NCBI GenBank assembly: GCA_017959225.1
Contig: JAGDBD010000045.1
Location: 16,965-80,964, forward strand
From: Fibrobacter sp.
GTDB taxonomy: Bacteria; Fibrobacterota; Fibrobacteria; Fibrobacterales; Fibrobacteraceae
DNA length: 64,000 nucleotides
Reading direction: 5' to 3'
Below, piece by piece: positions 17,312-27,094 of the stretch (the stretch's first letter is position 1; every line of letters starts with the position of its first letter). A model generated the notes under the pieces. That model was not told the DNA's origin. It did no database searches and worked only from the letters and a program-made list of their open reading frames with translations. The translations under genes were made by a program, and so were the position numbers.

Positions 17312-18634
17312 TTACTTCACGAATGCAGCGTAAATCGCGCGAATCGCTTCTTCCATGTTAGCTTCGTCAACACCGACAAGAATGTTGATCTGCGAAGAAC
17401 CCTGGTCGATAATGCGGATGTTAATATCCTTTTCGGCGAGAGCGTTGAAAAGCTTTGCAGCGATACCGACTTTGTTCGTCATGCCGTGACCCACGGTGGC
17501 CACAAGGCTAATGCCCGGGAAAACCTTCACACGGTCCGGGTGCATCTGAAGCAAAAGATCTTCGAGAACGGCTTCCTGAACAGCTTCCAAGGACTTGGAA
17601 TCCACAACGATCGACATGGAGTCGATACCGCTGGGGCTAAGTTCGTAAGAAAGTCCTTCCCCTTCGAGGATGGCAAGTACGCGACGTCCAAAGCCCACTT
17701 CCTTGTTCATCATGCTCTTTTCGATGTAGATCATCGAAAAGCCTTTACGGCCAGCGATGCCGGTAATCGGATAATCGGTCTTTTCTGGAGTCGGGCCGAT
17801 GATCGTGCCTGCGTCTTCCGGACGGTTCGTGTTGCGGATGTTGATCGGAATGTTCTTTGCGCGGCAAGGAGCGATGGATTCGTCGTGAAGAACGCTTGCA
17901 CCCGAATACGAAAGTTCGCGGATTTCGCGGTAGCTGACGTAGCTGATCGGTCTCGGATTTTCGACGATGCGCGGGTCCGTCATGAGCATGCCCGAAACGT
18001 CTGTCCAGTTTTCGTAGACGATCGCGTTAATGCCGTTGGCAAGAACTGCACCCGAAATGTCCGAACCGCCACGGGAGAATGTTTTCACCTGCTTGTGAGG
18101 ACCTTCGCCGTAGAAGCCCGGAACCACATAAAGCTGATTTTCGTCGGAAAGGGTCTGGGCAATGGTTTCGTAGCTCTTCGGAGTGATGCGGTAACGTTCG
18201 TCAAAGGCGATCAAATCGAAAGAGTCCACGAATTTGGCTCCGAGATATTCTGCCATCAGACGGGCGCAGAGATATTCACCGCGAGAAACGAGAATGTCCG
18301 TTGTGACCGTTTCGATTTCGTTCTTGAGCATGTTTTCGAGAAGCGCCAAGTCTTCGCCGATTTTTGTGGCAAGATTCAAATCTTTAGCGATGTCCAAGTA
18401 ACGGTCGCAGATCATTTTCCACGGAGTGGAAAAATCCAAATGTTTGGAAGCGAGATCGTAAGTGGTGTAGAGAAGGTCGGTGAGCTTCGTTTCTTTCGGA
18501 TTGCGTTTACCCGGAGCGGAAACGACGACGACTTTTCGACGCTTGTCGGCTTCGACAATCGCTTTGACTTTCTGGAACTGTTTGGCTTCGGCAACGGAAC
18601 TTCCACCGAATTTGCAAACGATACGATCGGCCAT
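17312..18634 (-). CDS. lysC: Aspartate kinase
   Basis: CKFGGSSV, VVSAPGK, SRGEY, FSRGGSD and ELSYSGASVLH, plus C-terminal ACT domains. Confidence 0.95.
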   Translation of the reverse strand: MADRIVCKFGGSSVAEAKQFQKVKAIVEADKRRKVVVVSAPGKRNPKETKLTDLLYTTYDLASKHLDFSTPWKMICDRYLDIAKDLNLATKIGEDLALLENMLKNEIETVTTDILVSRGEYLCARLMAEYLGAKFVDSFDLIAFDERYRITPKSYETIAQTLSDENQLYVVPGFYGEGPHKQVKTFSRGGSDISGAVLANGINAIVYENWTDVSGMLMTDPRIVENPRPISYVSYREIRELSYSGASVLHDESIAPCRAKNIPINIRNTNRPEDAGTIIGPTPEKTDYPITGIAGRKGFSMIYIEKSMMNKEVGFGRRVLAILEGEGLSYELSPSGIDSMSIVVDSKSLEAVQEAVLEDLLLQMHPDRVKVFPGISLVATVGHGMTNKVGIAAKLFNALAEKDINIRIIDQGSSQINILVGVDEANMEEAIRAIYAAFVK

Positions 18635-18742
18635 TTGAGAATCCTTTTGTAAAAAAAGAAGTTTTTTATAAAAAATAGCAATCCTTGGTGGATTTTTTAA
18701 GGCTTTGTTCGTCTTAAAAGATGCATTCGCACTTTTTTGAAA

Positions 18743-19666
18743 ATGGAATTAGGGGGAGTTGTGACAGACGCAAAAAGCCTTTTAGAAATTGCGGCCAAGT
18801 CGTCGGTTCCCGTTCTCATTTGTGGGGAATCGGGAACAGGAAAAGAAGTGATGGCCCGGAAACTGCACGCTTTGAGTGCCCGTTCACGGGGGCCATTCAT
18901 TGCGGTCAATTGCGGCGCTATTAGCCCGGGCTTAATCGAAAGCCTTTTTGAAGGCTCTTGCCGGGGATCTTACACGGGGGCTGTCGCAAATCAATTGGGC
19001 TTTGTCCGTGCAGCGGATCACGGAACGCTTTTTTTGGACGAAATCGGGGAACTTCCATTAGAAAGCCAAACGCGATTGTTGCGGATTTTGCAAGAAAGGG
19101 CGGTAACGCCCATCGGTTCGCAACAGAGCATTTCTGTAGATTTTAGGCTTGTCTGCGCCACCCATCGGAATTTGCAGTTGGCTGTGAAAACGGGCAGGTT
19201 TCGGGAGGACCTCTTCTTCCGTTTGAACGTATTTCCCATACGCCTTTTACCTCTACGGGAAAGAATCGACGATCTGAAAATGCTCGCCATAGAAATCTGG
19301 AGAGAGATTTCTGGCAGGGAACTTTCCCAAGGGGAGCTGCGGTCCCTTTGCAGTTTTCCGTGGCCGGGGAACGTGCGTCAATTGAAAAATGTCTTGGAAC
19401 GTTATCTGCTTTTGCAGAACATGGGGGACTCTTTGGAAGAAATCCTTGCTGGAGAACCTTGGGACACCCATTCGGCGAATGGAGCGTTTGTAAGAGATGT
19501 TCGAAAAACTTACCGCTACGGCAATACGCCTTCGTGGAAGCATATCTTGGAAGCGTTACAAGAATGTCACAATAACAAGAGCCGCGCGGCTCAAATTTTA
19601 GGAATCAGCCGAGGTTCTCTCTGCTATCAATTAAAGAAAAATTCTACTCGTCCAAAGCCTTCTTAA
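18743..19666 (+). CDS. Sigma-54 enhancer-binding AAA+ protein with a Fis HTH and no N-terminal regulatory domain
   Basis: [14 protein letters not shown] (GAFTGA variant), [25 protein letters not shown] and [16 protein letters not shown]. Confidence 0.88.
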   Translation: MELGGVVTDAKSLLEIAAKSSVPVLICGESGTGKEVMARKLHALSARSRGPFIAVNCGAISPGLIESLFEGSCRGSYTGAVANQLGFVRAADHGTLFLDEIGELPLESQTRLLRILQERAVTPIGSQQSISVDFRLVCATHRNLQLAVKTGRFREDLFFRLNVFPIRLLPLRERIDDLKMLAIEIWREISGRELSQGELRSLCSFPWPGNVRQLKNVLERYLLLQNMGDSLEEILAGEPWDTHSANGAFVRDVRKTYRYGNTPSWKHILEALQECHNNKSRAAQILGISRGSLCYQLKKNSTRPKPS

Positions 19667-19706
19667 ATGCTATTTTTTAGGCCAAGAATACGAAATGGAG
19701 TTAGTT

Positions 19707-21146
19707 ATGAAACACGTATTTCTCGTTGTTCCGGCCTCTGCCGGCGTAAACCTTGCCCAGGCCGCAGAATCGGTCTTGAGTGAAATCAAAAAAAATGTCG
19801 CTTCCGCTGAATCTTTCGTGGCGACGGAAAAAGTTCCAACGGTTTTGCAGTCTTTAGGTGCAGACGCTTCCATGGAAGCTCTCGTAGGAGCAGTGCAGGA
19901 TTCTACAGCTGAAGCGTTGGTGATTACCGGCGTATCGACTGAACAGACCGTGCGCAGCGAAACTTTGAATATCCAGATTGCCGCTGCGCTGGATGCGGAC
20001 GTAATCCTCGTGGCAGATACAGACGAAACGGGCGCCATTGTCGCAGCGGACTTCACTGCTGAAAAGGCTCGCATTGCATTTGTTCTTTCGGACGGCGAAA
20101 CGGTCAATGAAGACGCTTTGAAAAAGATCCTTTCTTCCGAACGGGAACATCGCATTTCTCAGGCGGAATTCCGCCGCAATTTGATCAAGCTTGCTTCCCG
20201 CAATTTAAAGCGCATCGTTCTCCCGGAAGGTGCAGAACCGCGTACCCTCAAGGCCGCCATCGAAGCTTATGAACGCAAAATTGCGATTCCGGTTCTCATC
20301 GCTAAAAAGTCCGATGTGGAAGCGGAAGCTGCTCGCCAGAATTTGAAAGTTCCTGCCGGTTTTGAAATCATCGAACCGACTGCGGAACTCGCCGAAAAGT
20401 ATGTGCCGCTGCTGGTGGAACTTCGCAAGGCCAAAGGCATGACCGAAGAAAAGGCTCGTGAAGTTTTGAAGGACCCGGTATTCCTCGGCACCATGATGCT
20501 TAAAAAGGATGAAGTCGATGGTCTCGTTTCGGGTGCAGTGCATTCGACCGCAGACACCGTTCGTCCGGCTCTTCAGGTGATCAAGTGCGCTCCGGGTGTC
20601 AAAGCCATCAGCTCGATTTTCTTTGTGTGCCTCCCGTCCCAGGTTTATGTGTTCGGTGACTGCGCAATCAATTTGAACCCGACTGCAGAAGAACTTGCAG
20701 ATATTGCCATTCAGAGCCATGATACGGCAAAGGCTTTTGACCTTCCGACTCGCGTGGCAATGCTCAGCTACGGTACCGGCAAGAGCGGCAAGGGCGACGA
20801 TGTGGAACTCTGCGTGAATGCAACGCAGGCTGTACGTGCAGCTCGTCCGGACATTGCCATCGACGGTCCGCTGCAGTATGACGCTGCGACCACCGAAAGT
20901 GTGGCAAAGCTCAAAGCTCCGGGCAGCGCCATTGCTGGCAAGGCTTCCGTTTGCGTGTTCCCGGATCTTTCCGCTGGTAACATCTGCTACAAGGCGATTC
21001 AGCGTTCCGCTCCGGGCGTGATCGCTGTGGGTCCGATGCTCCAGGGCCTTGCCAAGCCTGTGAACGACCTGTCTCGCGGCGCACTCGTGGAAGACATCGT
21101 TTACACCATCGCTCTTACGTCGATTCAGGCTCAGGCAGCCAAGTAA
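19707..21146 (+). CDS. pta: Phosphate acetyltransferase with a shortened N-terminal region
   Basis: [33 protein letters not shown] and [10 protein letters not shown] 19707 follows GGAG. Confidence 0.93.
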   Translation: MKHVFLVVPASAGVNLAQAAESVLSEIKKNVASAESFVATEKVPTVLQSLGADASMEALVGAVQDSTAEALVITGVSTEQTVRSETLNIQIAAALDADVILVADTDETGAIVAADFTAEKARIAFVLSDGETVNEDALKKILSSEREHRISQAEFRRNLIKLASRNLKRIVLPEGAEPRTLKAAIEAYERKIAIPVLIAKKSDVEAEAARQNLKVPAGFEIIEPTAELAEKYVPLLVELRKAKGMTEEKAREVLKDPVFLGTMMLKKDEVDGLVSGAVHSTADTVRPALQVIKCAPGVKAISSIFFVCLPSQVYVFGDCAINLNPTAEELADIAIQSHDTAKAFDLPTRVAMLSYGTGKSGKGDDVELCVNATQAVRAARPDIAIDGPLQYDAATTESVAKLKAPGSAIAGKASVCVFPDLSAGNICYKAIQRSAPGVIAVGPMLQGLAKPVNDLSRGALVEDIVYTIALTSIQAQAAK

Positions 21147-21161
21147 CGCCTTCCGTTTAAC

Positions 21162-21195
21162 AAAAAGGTTCTCTTCTGCGGAAGGGAACCTTTTT
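21162..21195. terminator. Bidirectional terminator between pta and the TPR-like gene
   Basis: AAAAAGGTTCTCTTC-TGCG-GAAGGGAACCTTTTT. Confidence 0.85.
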
Positions 21196-21205
21196 CGTTT
21201 TAAGC

Positions 21206-21961
21206 TTATTGCATTTTTTCCCGAATGCGTTTCTTCAGATCTTTTAGCTTCCAACGGGAACGCTTGTCTTCCACGGTGTAATTGCTTCTCACGCCTCTCG
21301 AAAGGGCGTCTTCCACAAGTTTCAATGCCTCTTCGTAACGATTTTGATCGAGTCTCAGTTCCGCTAAAAAAAGGCTTGTGTTCAAATCGGCAGGGTCTTT
21401 TTTGTGAGCGAGAGTCAAAAACTTGTCGGCTAAATCTTTGTCGGGCCAATTTAAAAGGATGGGAATGTAAGGGAGCAGCTGATGGGCGCGCCCTAAAAAT
21501 TGCCAGTTTTTAGCTTCGGTAGAAAGATCTCGGATTTTGCGGGCGACGCCTTCTTTGACGGCTTGTAACGGTCCGTATTCGGAAGACCACAAAGAAAGAT
21601 TCTGGGCGTAAAGCGAAGTGATTTCCGTATTGTTCGGAAACTTCGCATGCATGGCTTCTCCAAAGGATTTGGATTCGTCAAACAGTTTTAAGCGCGCTTC
21701 GTGGTTGTGATAATCGATGACATAGCAACCTTTAAAATAGTACGCATACAAAAGACGCTCCGCAGCTTTTTCTTCAGCGGCGGAGTCTTTTAACGCGCGC
21801 TTGTAAGCGTCGATCATCTTCTCGACTATCAAGGAATCCGCATGGTCATTTTTGGAATTCCGGGCGCGGTTCTTAAACCAGTATTCACCCTCGTCCAAAT
21901 CTTTGTTGGCAAAGCTTATACTCCCCAACAATAAAAGAAAAAGCAGAATGCGGAACATCAC
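21206..21961 (-). CDS. Exported TPR-like helical protein
   Basis: Signal peptide (FRILLFLLLLGSISFA) and helical repeats (LFLAELRLDQNRYEEALKLVEDAL). Confidence 0.65.
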   Translation of the reverse strand: MMFRILLFLLLLGSISFANKDLDEGEYWFKNRARNSKNDHADSLIVEKMIDAYKRALKDSAAEEKAAERLLYAYYFKGCYVIDYHNHEARLKLFDESKSFGEAMHAKFPNNTEITSLYAQNLSLWSSEYGPLQAVKEGVARKIRDLSTEAKNWQFLGRAHQLLPYIPILLNWPDKDLADKFLTLAHKKDPADLNTSLFLAELRLDQNRYEEALKLVEDALSRGVRSNYTVEDKRSRWKLKDLKKRIREKMQ

Positions 21962-21970
21962 TCCATCAAA

Positions 21971-22114
21971 TTAGATTTTCCAAGTCTGAAGGAGCTTGTT
22001 CACGGTCGCAATTCTTTCTTTTTCTTCGTCTGTGCCATGGAATGCCTTGAAAAGAAGGTTGCGGTATTCCATCAGCGCAGTGCGGATAATGACTTTTTCT
22101 TCTTTTTTCAGCAT
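21971..22114 (-). CDS. Small 47-aa protein absent from the ORF track
   Basis: MLKKEEKVIIRTALMEYRNLLFKAFHGTDEEKERIATVNKLLQTWKI*. It has an AAGGA RBS, fills the pfkA-TPR gap and has the same orientation as both. Confidence 0.65.
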   Translation of the reverse strand: MLKKEEKVIIRTALMEYRNLLFKAFHGTDEEKERIATVNKLLQTWKI

Positions 22115-22161
22115 AACTATCCTTAACCTAGATAAAAATATCCCAGGATTTACTTTTGTAA

Positions 22162-23514
22162 TTATTGCTTTTTGCGGTTTGCATACTTACCAGAGAAATA
22201 ATCCATCTGGCGAGTGGAACCGAGCACGGCGTGCCACAGAGGACTGTCCGGCTTGACTTTACGACGTTCGCTGACTGCGAAGTCAATAGGAACGTGGGTA
22301 AACTTTCCGTTCATGCTGCCGACGACCATGTTGGTTTTGCCTGCCATGGCGGCGTGTACGGCATTTTCGGCCAGCTGGTAGCAGAAAATGGCATCCGTTC
22401 CCTTGGCAGGGATGCTGCGCACGGTATAGCTCGGGTCAAAGTACTTGATGTTGATTTCCACGCCGATCTTTTTAAAGTGTTCGTTGATTTTTTCGACGAG
22501 GTAATCTCCGATATCGTACTTGAGAATATTTCCCGAAGCGTCTTTGCGTTCCGGGAGGCCTTTGAACAAATGCTGTCCAGCGCCTTCTGCAACCACCATC
22601 ACAGCGTGCTTTTTACCGATAGCATAACGGCTTTCTAATGCGCTGAAGAGGCCACCTTCGCCTTCCAGCTTAAACGGCACTTCCGGAATCAAGCAGAAGT
22701 TCACCACGGTGGTGGCAAGGGCTGCATCGGCGGCAATAAAGCCCGAGTCGCGGCCCATGAGCTTCACAAGTCCAAGACCGTTGAACGCACCGTTGGCTTC
22801 ACAATGGGCGCTTGTAATCACGTCGCAAGCGGCAAGCACAGCTGTTTCAAAGCCGAAGGTTCTGTCCACAAGGTTCAAATCGTTATCGATGGTCTTCGGA
22901 ATGCCAATAACAGAAATCGGCTGATGACGGCGTTTGATTTCATTGGCAATGTCCCGTGCGCCGCGGAGCGTTCCGTCACCGCCAATGCAGAACAGAATGT
23001 TGATGTTCAAACGCATGAGCGTATCGACCATCGTTTCTGCCGGCTGATCGCCACGGGAACTTCCAAGAATCGTGCCTCCGTCTTCCTGAATGTTATCAAC
23101 ATAGTCCGGATCGAGAATTTTAGGCGCATAGCCATATTCCGGATTCAGACCGCGGTAACCGTACGGAATGCCAAAAATATTGCGCACACCGTAGTCAAAC
23201 CACAGAACGCGGACAAGGCTCTTGATCACGTTGTTTAAACCCGGGCAAAGACCACCGCAAGTAACGATGGCAGCACGGGTCCAAGACGGATCGTGGTAAA
23301 TCATTTCACGAGGGCCAGCGGCTTCGAGAGCGGGAATCGGCTTACCGGCTTTGACAAACTTTTCAGTGGTTGCCACGTCGGTCGTCAAACTGATCTGCTT
23401 CGTATCGTTGACAAACTTCAAACCCTTCATCGGAGAGACCAAAGTGCACTTGCCGATGGTGTCAATCGTCAGATCGTAATTGTCTGGATTTTCAAGAATG
23501 TCTTCCCTTGTCAT
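22162..23514 (-). CDS. pfkA: ATP-dependent 6-phosphofructokinase (long, group-X type)
   Basis: CGGLCPG, GGTILGSSRG, GGDGT (Gly indicates the ATP type), PKTIDND, MGRDSG and DPSYTVR. Confidence 0.9.
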   Translation of the reverse strand: MTREDILENPDNYDLTIDTIGKCTLVSPMKGLKFVNDTKQISLTTDVATTEKFVKAGKPIPALEAAGPREMIYHDPSWTRAAIVTCGGLCPGLNNVIKSLVRVLWFDYGVRNIFGIPYGYRGLNPEYGYAPKILDPDYVDNIQEDGGTILGSSRGDQPAETMVDTLMRLNINILFCIGGDGTLRGARDIANEIKRRHQPISVIGIPKTIDNDLNLVDRTFGFETAVLAACDVITSAHCEANGAFNGLGLVKLMGRDSGFIAADAALATTVVNFCLIPEVPFKLEGEGGLFSALESRYAIGKKHAVMVVAEGAGQHLFKGLPERKDASGNILKYDIGDYLVEKINEHFKKIGVEINIKYFDPSYTVRSIPAKGTDAIFCYQLAENAVHAAMAGKTNMVVGSMNGKFTHVPIDFAVSERRKVKPDSPLWHAVLGSTRQMDYFSGKYANRKKQ

Positions 23515-23580
23515 ATGAACCTCGTTTTTTGGATTCTATCCAGAATTTAGAAAACGAATAGGGCGTTGGAGGTGTACTTT

Positions 23581-25386
23581 TTAGATATTTAATAGTGGCA
23601 AATGCAACTTTGTACGCAGACCGGGACCCGCATTTTCGATCTCGATCTTCATATTTGTCATATCGCAAAGTTTTTTCACCATGGAAAGCCCGATTCCTGT
23701 ACCGGCTGTGGTTCGGGTCATTTCGTTACCGACGCGGTAAAATTCTTCGAAAACGTGGCTGATTTCTTTTTGAGGAATGCCCGGACCGTAATCCCGGACC
23801 ACAAAGTACACATCGTTTTCCGATACGCGTAATTCGAGAGCGATCATTTTGTACGCAGAATCCCTGGCGAACTTGAGGGAATTGTCCACCACGTTCGTCA
23901 AAATCTGCATGACAGCGTCCTTGTCAAGAGTCAACTGCAAGTTGCAAATGTCGCTTGTAACGGTCAAGTCAAAACCGTGCTTTTCAATGTTCTGCGTGTA
24001 CGTGGCGACGAATGTATCGAGAATCGTTTTCGGGTTCACCTTGCTGAATTGAACATTCCAGTTGCCCCGTTCGAGTTTCGAAAGGTTCAGCACGTTTTGG
24101 ATCAAACGGGAAAGACGCTCGGTTTCGTTTACGATCAAAGCGTAATACTTTTGGCGTTTGGTTTCGCTTGCAACCCAGGAATTTTGGAGCAGTTCCGCAT
24201 ACATGCGAATGGCCGTCAAAGGCGTTTTCAGTTCATGGCTCACTGCCGAAACAAAGTCCTGACGTTTGTTCGCCAAAAGAATCTGGCTTTTTGTAGAACG
24301 GTAAACGGCAATGAATCCGCCGGCCAAAGCCACAAACATGATGATCGCAATCAAGACGACGAACATATAGCTCGCATTGGCTTCGTCTTCTGTCAAATAG
24401 ACCGAAAGGATCATGTCGTTCAACGGGAATTGCAATGCAATATTCAAAAGTTCGCCTTTGGAATTGGCAAGGCTTCCGAAGGTCACATAAGCTTTTTCCT
24501 TGGTACCGAATTCTAACGTAATACCTTGTTCTGCCGGGTTGAATTGCAGCTCGTTCAGCACCAGATTTTCAAGGTAGGTGCGCAAGCGGACCGCGTAACC
24601 TTGAATGAACTGTTCGTTGTTACGCCAAACGTTTCGGTAATAAACGATGTAATTGTTGTTGAACTTGGCTTGGAAAGGGTCGATTTCCACTTCGAGCAAA
24701 TTGGGAACTTGAATGGAATCTTCGTTATCTTCTTCCTCATTTCCGTTTTCAGAAATCCGGCGAATTCGGGCGGATTCCACGTCAAACAAGAAGCTTTCCG
24801 TCTGGGAACTCTGTTCGTAACGCCGTTGGAACTTTTTATTGTCGTTCAGTTTCACGGCGAGCTTCAGATTTTTACCGTAGAGCTTGTCCAAGCTGTCTTG
24901 GGTGCTCGCTTGAACCTGGTTTCGGCTAAGGCCTTCGTTGTGAATGCCCAACTGTGTTAGAACGTTCTGGATGCTATCCCGGATGATTTCACGTTTTGCG
25001 CGGTCTTCCACAGGGATTTTTTCCAGAATGCCATCGGGGAGAACTGGCGTGTGCATGCCGCCATCCGGATCCAGCTGAAAATAGCCGATCATTCCGCCGT
25101 AATGGCTTCGCATGGGAAGCTCGGCGAGTTTTGAAATGGTCACTTCTTCGCCGCCGATAATGGGCACGGCTCGAATAAAGCGGTATTCGGAATAGGAACG
25201 CTGTTCTTCGACAGCAAGGTCGTCGTAAATGCGCTGGTTCAGCATCTGCAGAATGAAGTACGCCTGTTCCTTGTAAGCGTACTGCGATTCCGTCTGAAAA
25301 TGCTTATACGAATTGACTAAAAGGATCGCGACGGGAATCGCGATCACTAAGAATAAAAACGTAAAGAGCAGCTTGAGCCGGTTCAT
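23581..25386 (-). CDS. Membrane sensor histidine kinase
   Basis: Two TM segments around a large periplasmic domain; SHELKTPL, NVVDNSLKF, DYGPGI and GTGIGL. Confidence 0.93.
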   Translation of the reverse strand: MNRLKLLFTFLFLVIAIPVAILLVNSYKHFQTESQYAYKEQAYFILQMLNQRIYDDLAVEEQRSYSEYRFIRAVPIIGGEEVTISKLAELPMRSHYGGMIGYFQLDPDGGMHTPVLPDGILEKIPVEDRAKREIIRDSIQNVLTQLGIHNEGLSRNQVQASTQDSLDKLYGKNLKLAVKLNDNKKFQRRYEQSSQTESFLFDVESARIRRISENGNEEEDNEDSIQVPNLLEVEIDPFQAKFNNNYIVYYRNVWRNNEQFIQGYAVRLRTYLENLVLNELQFNPAEQGITLEFGTKEKAYVTFGSLANSKGELLNIALQFPLNDMILSVYLTEDEANASYMFVVLIAIIMFVALAGGFIAVYRSTKSQILLANKRQDFVSAVSHELKTPLTAIRMYAELLQNSWVASETKRQKYYALIVNETERLSRLIQNVLNLSKLERGNWNVQFSKVNPKTILDTFVATYTQNIEKHGFDLTVTSDICNLQLTLDKDAVMQILTNVVDNSLKFARDSAYKMIALELRVSENDVYFVVRDYGPGIPQKEISHVFEEFYRVGNEMTRTTAGTGIGLSMVKKLCDMTNMKIEIENAGPGLRTKLHLPLLNI

Positions 25387-26099
25387 CAGTCCGGTGTTTC
25401 TCTGAGCTGGTAACCTTCACCGCGGAACGTGACGAGCAGGCACGGGTGCGACGGATCGTCTTCGATCTTTTTGCGGAGCTTCGTAATGTGAATGTCTACC
25501 GTGCGGGTGTCTACCGTTTCTGCGTTTTCATATCCCCAGACTTTGTTCAAAAGTTCTGCACGGGGAACGGCACGGTCGCGATTGTTCCACAAATATTCGA
25601 GAATTTCGATTTCCTTGCGGGTGAAGGAAAGCTTTTCGGTGCCGCGGAAGCCGCTGTATTCGCGGAAGTTCACGCGCAAATTGCCAGCGGCGAGCTTGCC
25701 GTCGCCTTCCATAGACTGACGGGAACGGCGAAGGACTGCTTCGATACGGGCAAGGAGCATCGGAACGGCGAAGGGCTTCGGAACGTAATCGTCAGCACCG
25801 TACTTCAGACCGTCGATAATATCCTTGTCGGTATTTTTAGCCGAAAGGATAATAATAGGAACATCCTTGTCCTTTTCGCGAATCTTATCGCAAACGGTAA
25901 AACCGTCCATGCCCGGAAGCATCAGGTCCAAAAGAATCAAACCGTATTTGCCGCTGAGCCCTTCGGAAAGACCCGAAATGCCGTCTGCGACATGCTTCAC
26001 GTGGTAGCCTTGGAATTCGAGAAGGTCCACAAGACCTTCTGCAATGGCAATTTCGTCTTCGATGACGAGAATTGTGACATTTGAATTTTTCTTATCCAT
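25386..26099 (-). CDS. OmpR/PhoB-family response regulator
   Basis: IEDE, LDLMLP, KPF, RTVDIHITKLRKKIE and RGEGY. TGATG coupling to the kinase. Confidence 0.95.
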   Translation of the reverse strand: MDKKNSNVTILVIEDEIAIAEGLVDLLEFQGYHVKHVADGISGLSEGLSGKYGLILLDLMLPGMDGFTVCDKIREKDKDVPIIILSAKNTDKDIIDGLKYGADDYVPKPFAVPMLLARIEAVLRRSRQSMEGDGKLAAGNLRVNFREYSGFRGTEKLSFTRKEIEILEYLWNNRDRAVPRAELLNKVWGYENAETVDTRTVDIHITKLRKKIEDDPSHPCLLVTFRGEGYQLRETPD

Positions 26100-26125
26100 G
26101 CGAGAAGACTCCAAATCAAAACCTA

Positions 26126-26920
26126 TTAAAGAGCAAAGCCGATGCCCGCTTCGAGAGCGAATGCAGAAGCGTCGATTTCATCATCGTAATCGATGCCGAA
26201 GTAATATTTGCCGTTCACGTAGGCAGCGATGGGGATAATCGGGAGTTTAGCGCGGACGCCCAACAGAATATGGCCGCCGATGCTTGTGTTCAAACCGTCA
26301 TCCTGCAACTTGTCAGAAAGCTTGTTTGCCAGTTCCTTTGCCTGGGCTTCGGTCATCGTTCCCGAAATGAGAGCTTCTTTCAGTTCGCCTTCGAGAACTT
26401 CCATGTAGCCGTTAATGAACTTTGCGCTCATGACCGGGGTGCTCAAGTAATAAGTGAGACCGCCGCCAATGTACGGGCGAATGATCGGAAGGGAAGTAAT
26501 CGGGTAAGTGATCGAAAGGTCGCCGTTCATTGCGACGAACTTCGGCGTGGTTTTGCCGAACGGCACTCCGTTGAATTCCAGTTCAATATCCCGTTCAATG
26601 GCTTTGCCGTCAAGACCTGTGACGGTCAAAGTCGAAGAGTAAGAACCCCACTGGAGATTGTAAGTCGCTTCCACGTCAATGATCGGAAGAATGTCGATCC
26701 AGAGCTTAAGACCAAAGCCCTGCATGCCGCTGAAAGAACCGTGGCGATATTCCACTTTACCGAGCTGAAGATCGCCGGAGTTCAAACCGGAGATTTCTTC
26801 GTTGGAAGTCTTGTCAAGGCTTGTTCCGAAATTGGGGGCATAGTGGACGCCAATTCCGAGAATAGCAAAAGACGGCGAAATGCACAATGCAGCCGCAGCG
26901 GCGAGCAGTTTAAAATTCAT
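26126..26920 (-). CDS. Outer-membrane beta-barrel-type protein
   Basis: Signal peptide, amphipathic strands (IRPYIGGGLTYY, GGHILLGV) and a C-terminal GIGFAL. Confidence 0.7.
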   Translation of the reverse strand: MNFKLLAAAAALCISPSFAILGIGVHYAPNFGTSLDKTSNEEISGLNSGDLQLGKVEYRHGSFSGMQGFGLKLWIDILPIIDVEATYNLQWGSYSSTLTVTGLDGKAIERDIELEFNGVPFGKTTPKFVAMNGDLSITYPITSLPIIRPYIGGGLTYYLSTPVMSAKFINGYMEVLEGELKEALISGTMTEAQAKELANKLSDKLQDDGLNTSIGGHILLGVRAKLPIIPIAAYVNGKYYFGIDYDDEIDASAFALEAGIGFAL

Positions 26921-27094
26921 GCAAGGACTCCTTCAGTTTTCCCCCAAACTATATTAAAATGGATAAAAACGGATATATTTTTTTACATGGATCTTCCCAA
27001 AGAGCCGTAAGTTCCGCAGAAAATGGCCACCCATATCTTCTGTACAAATGAATTTTCAGGCAAAATCTGACATTTCGAAAGTAAAATGTAAGTT

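Noticed and set aside
18635-18742. Lysine riboswitch upstream of lysC
   Set aside because: The gap is only ~100 bp, AT-rich, and lacks L-box features.
19667-19706. Sigma-54 promoter driving pta
   Set aside because: No TGGC-N8-TTGC-like -24/-12 element is present in the gap.
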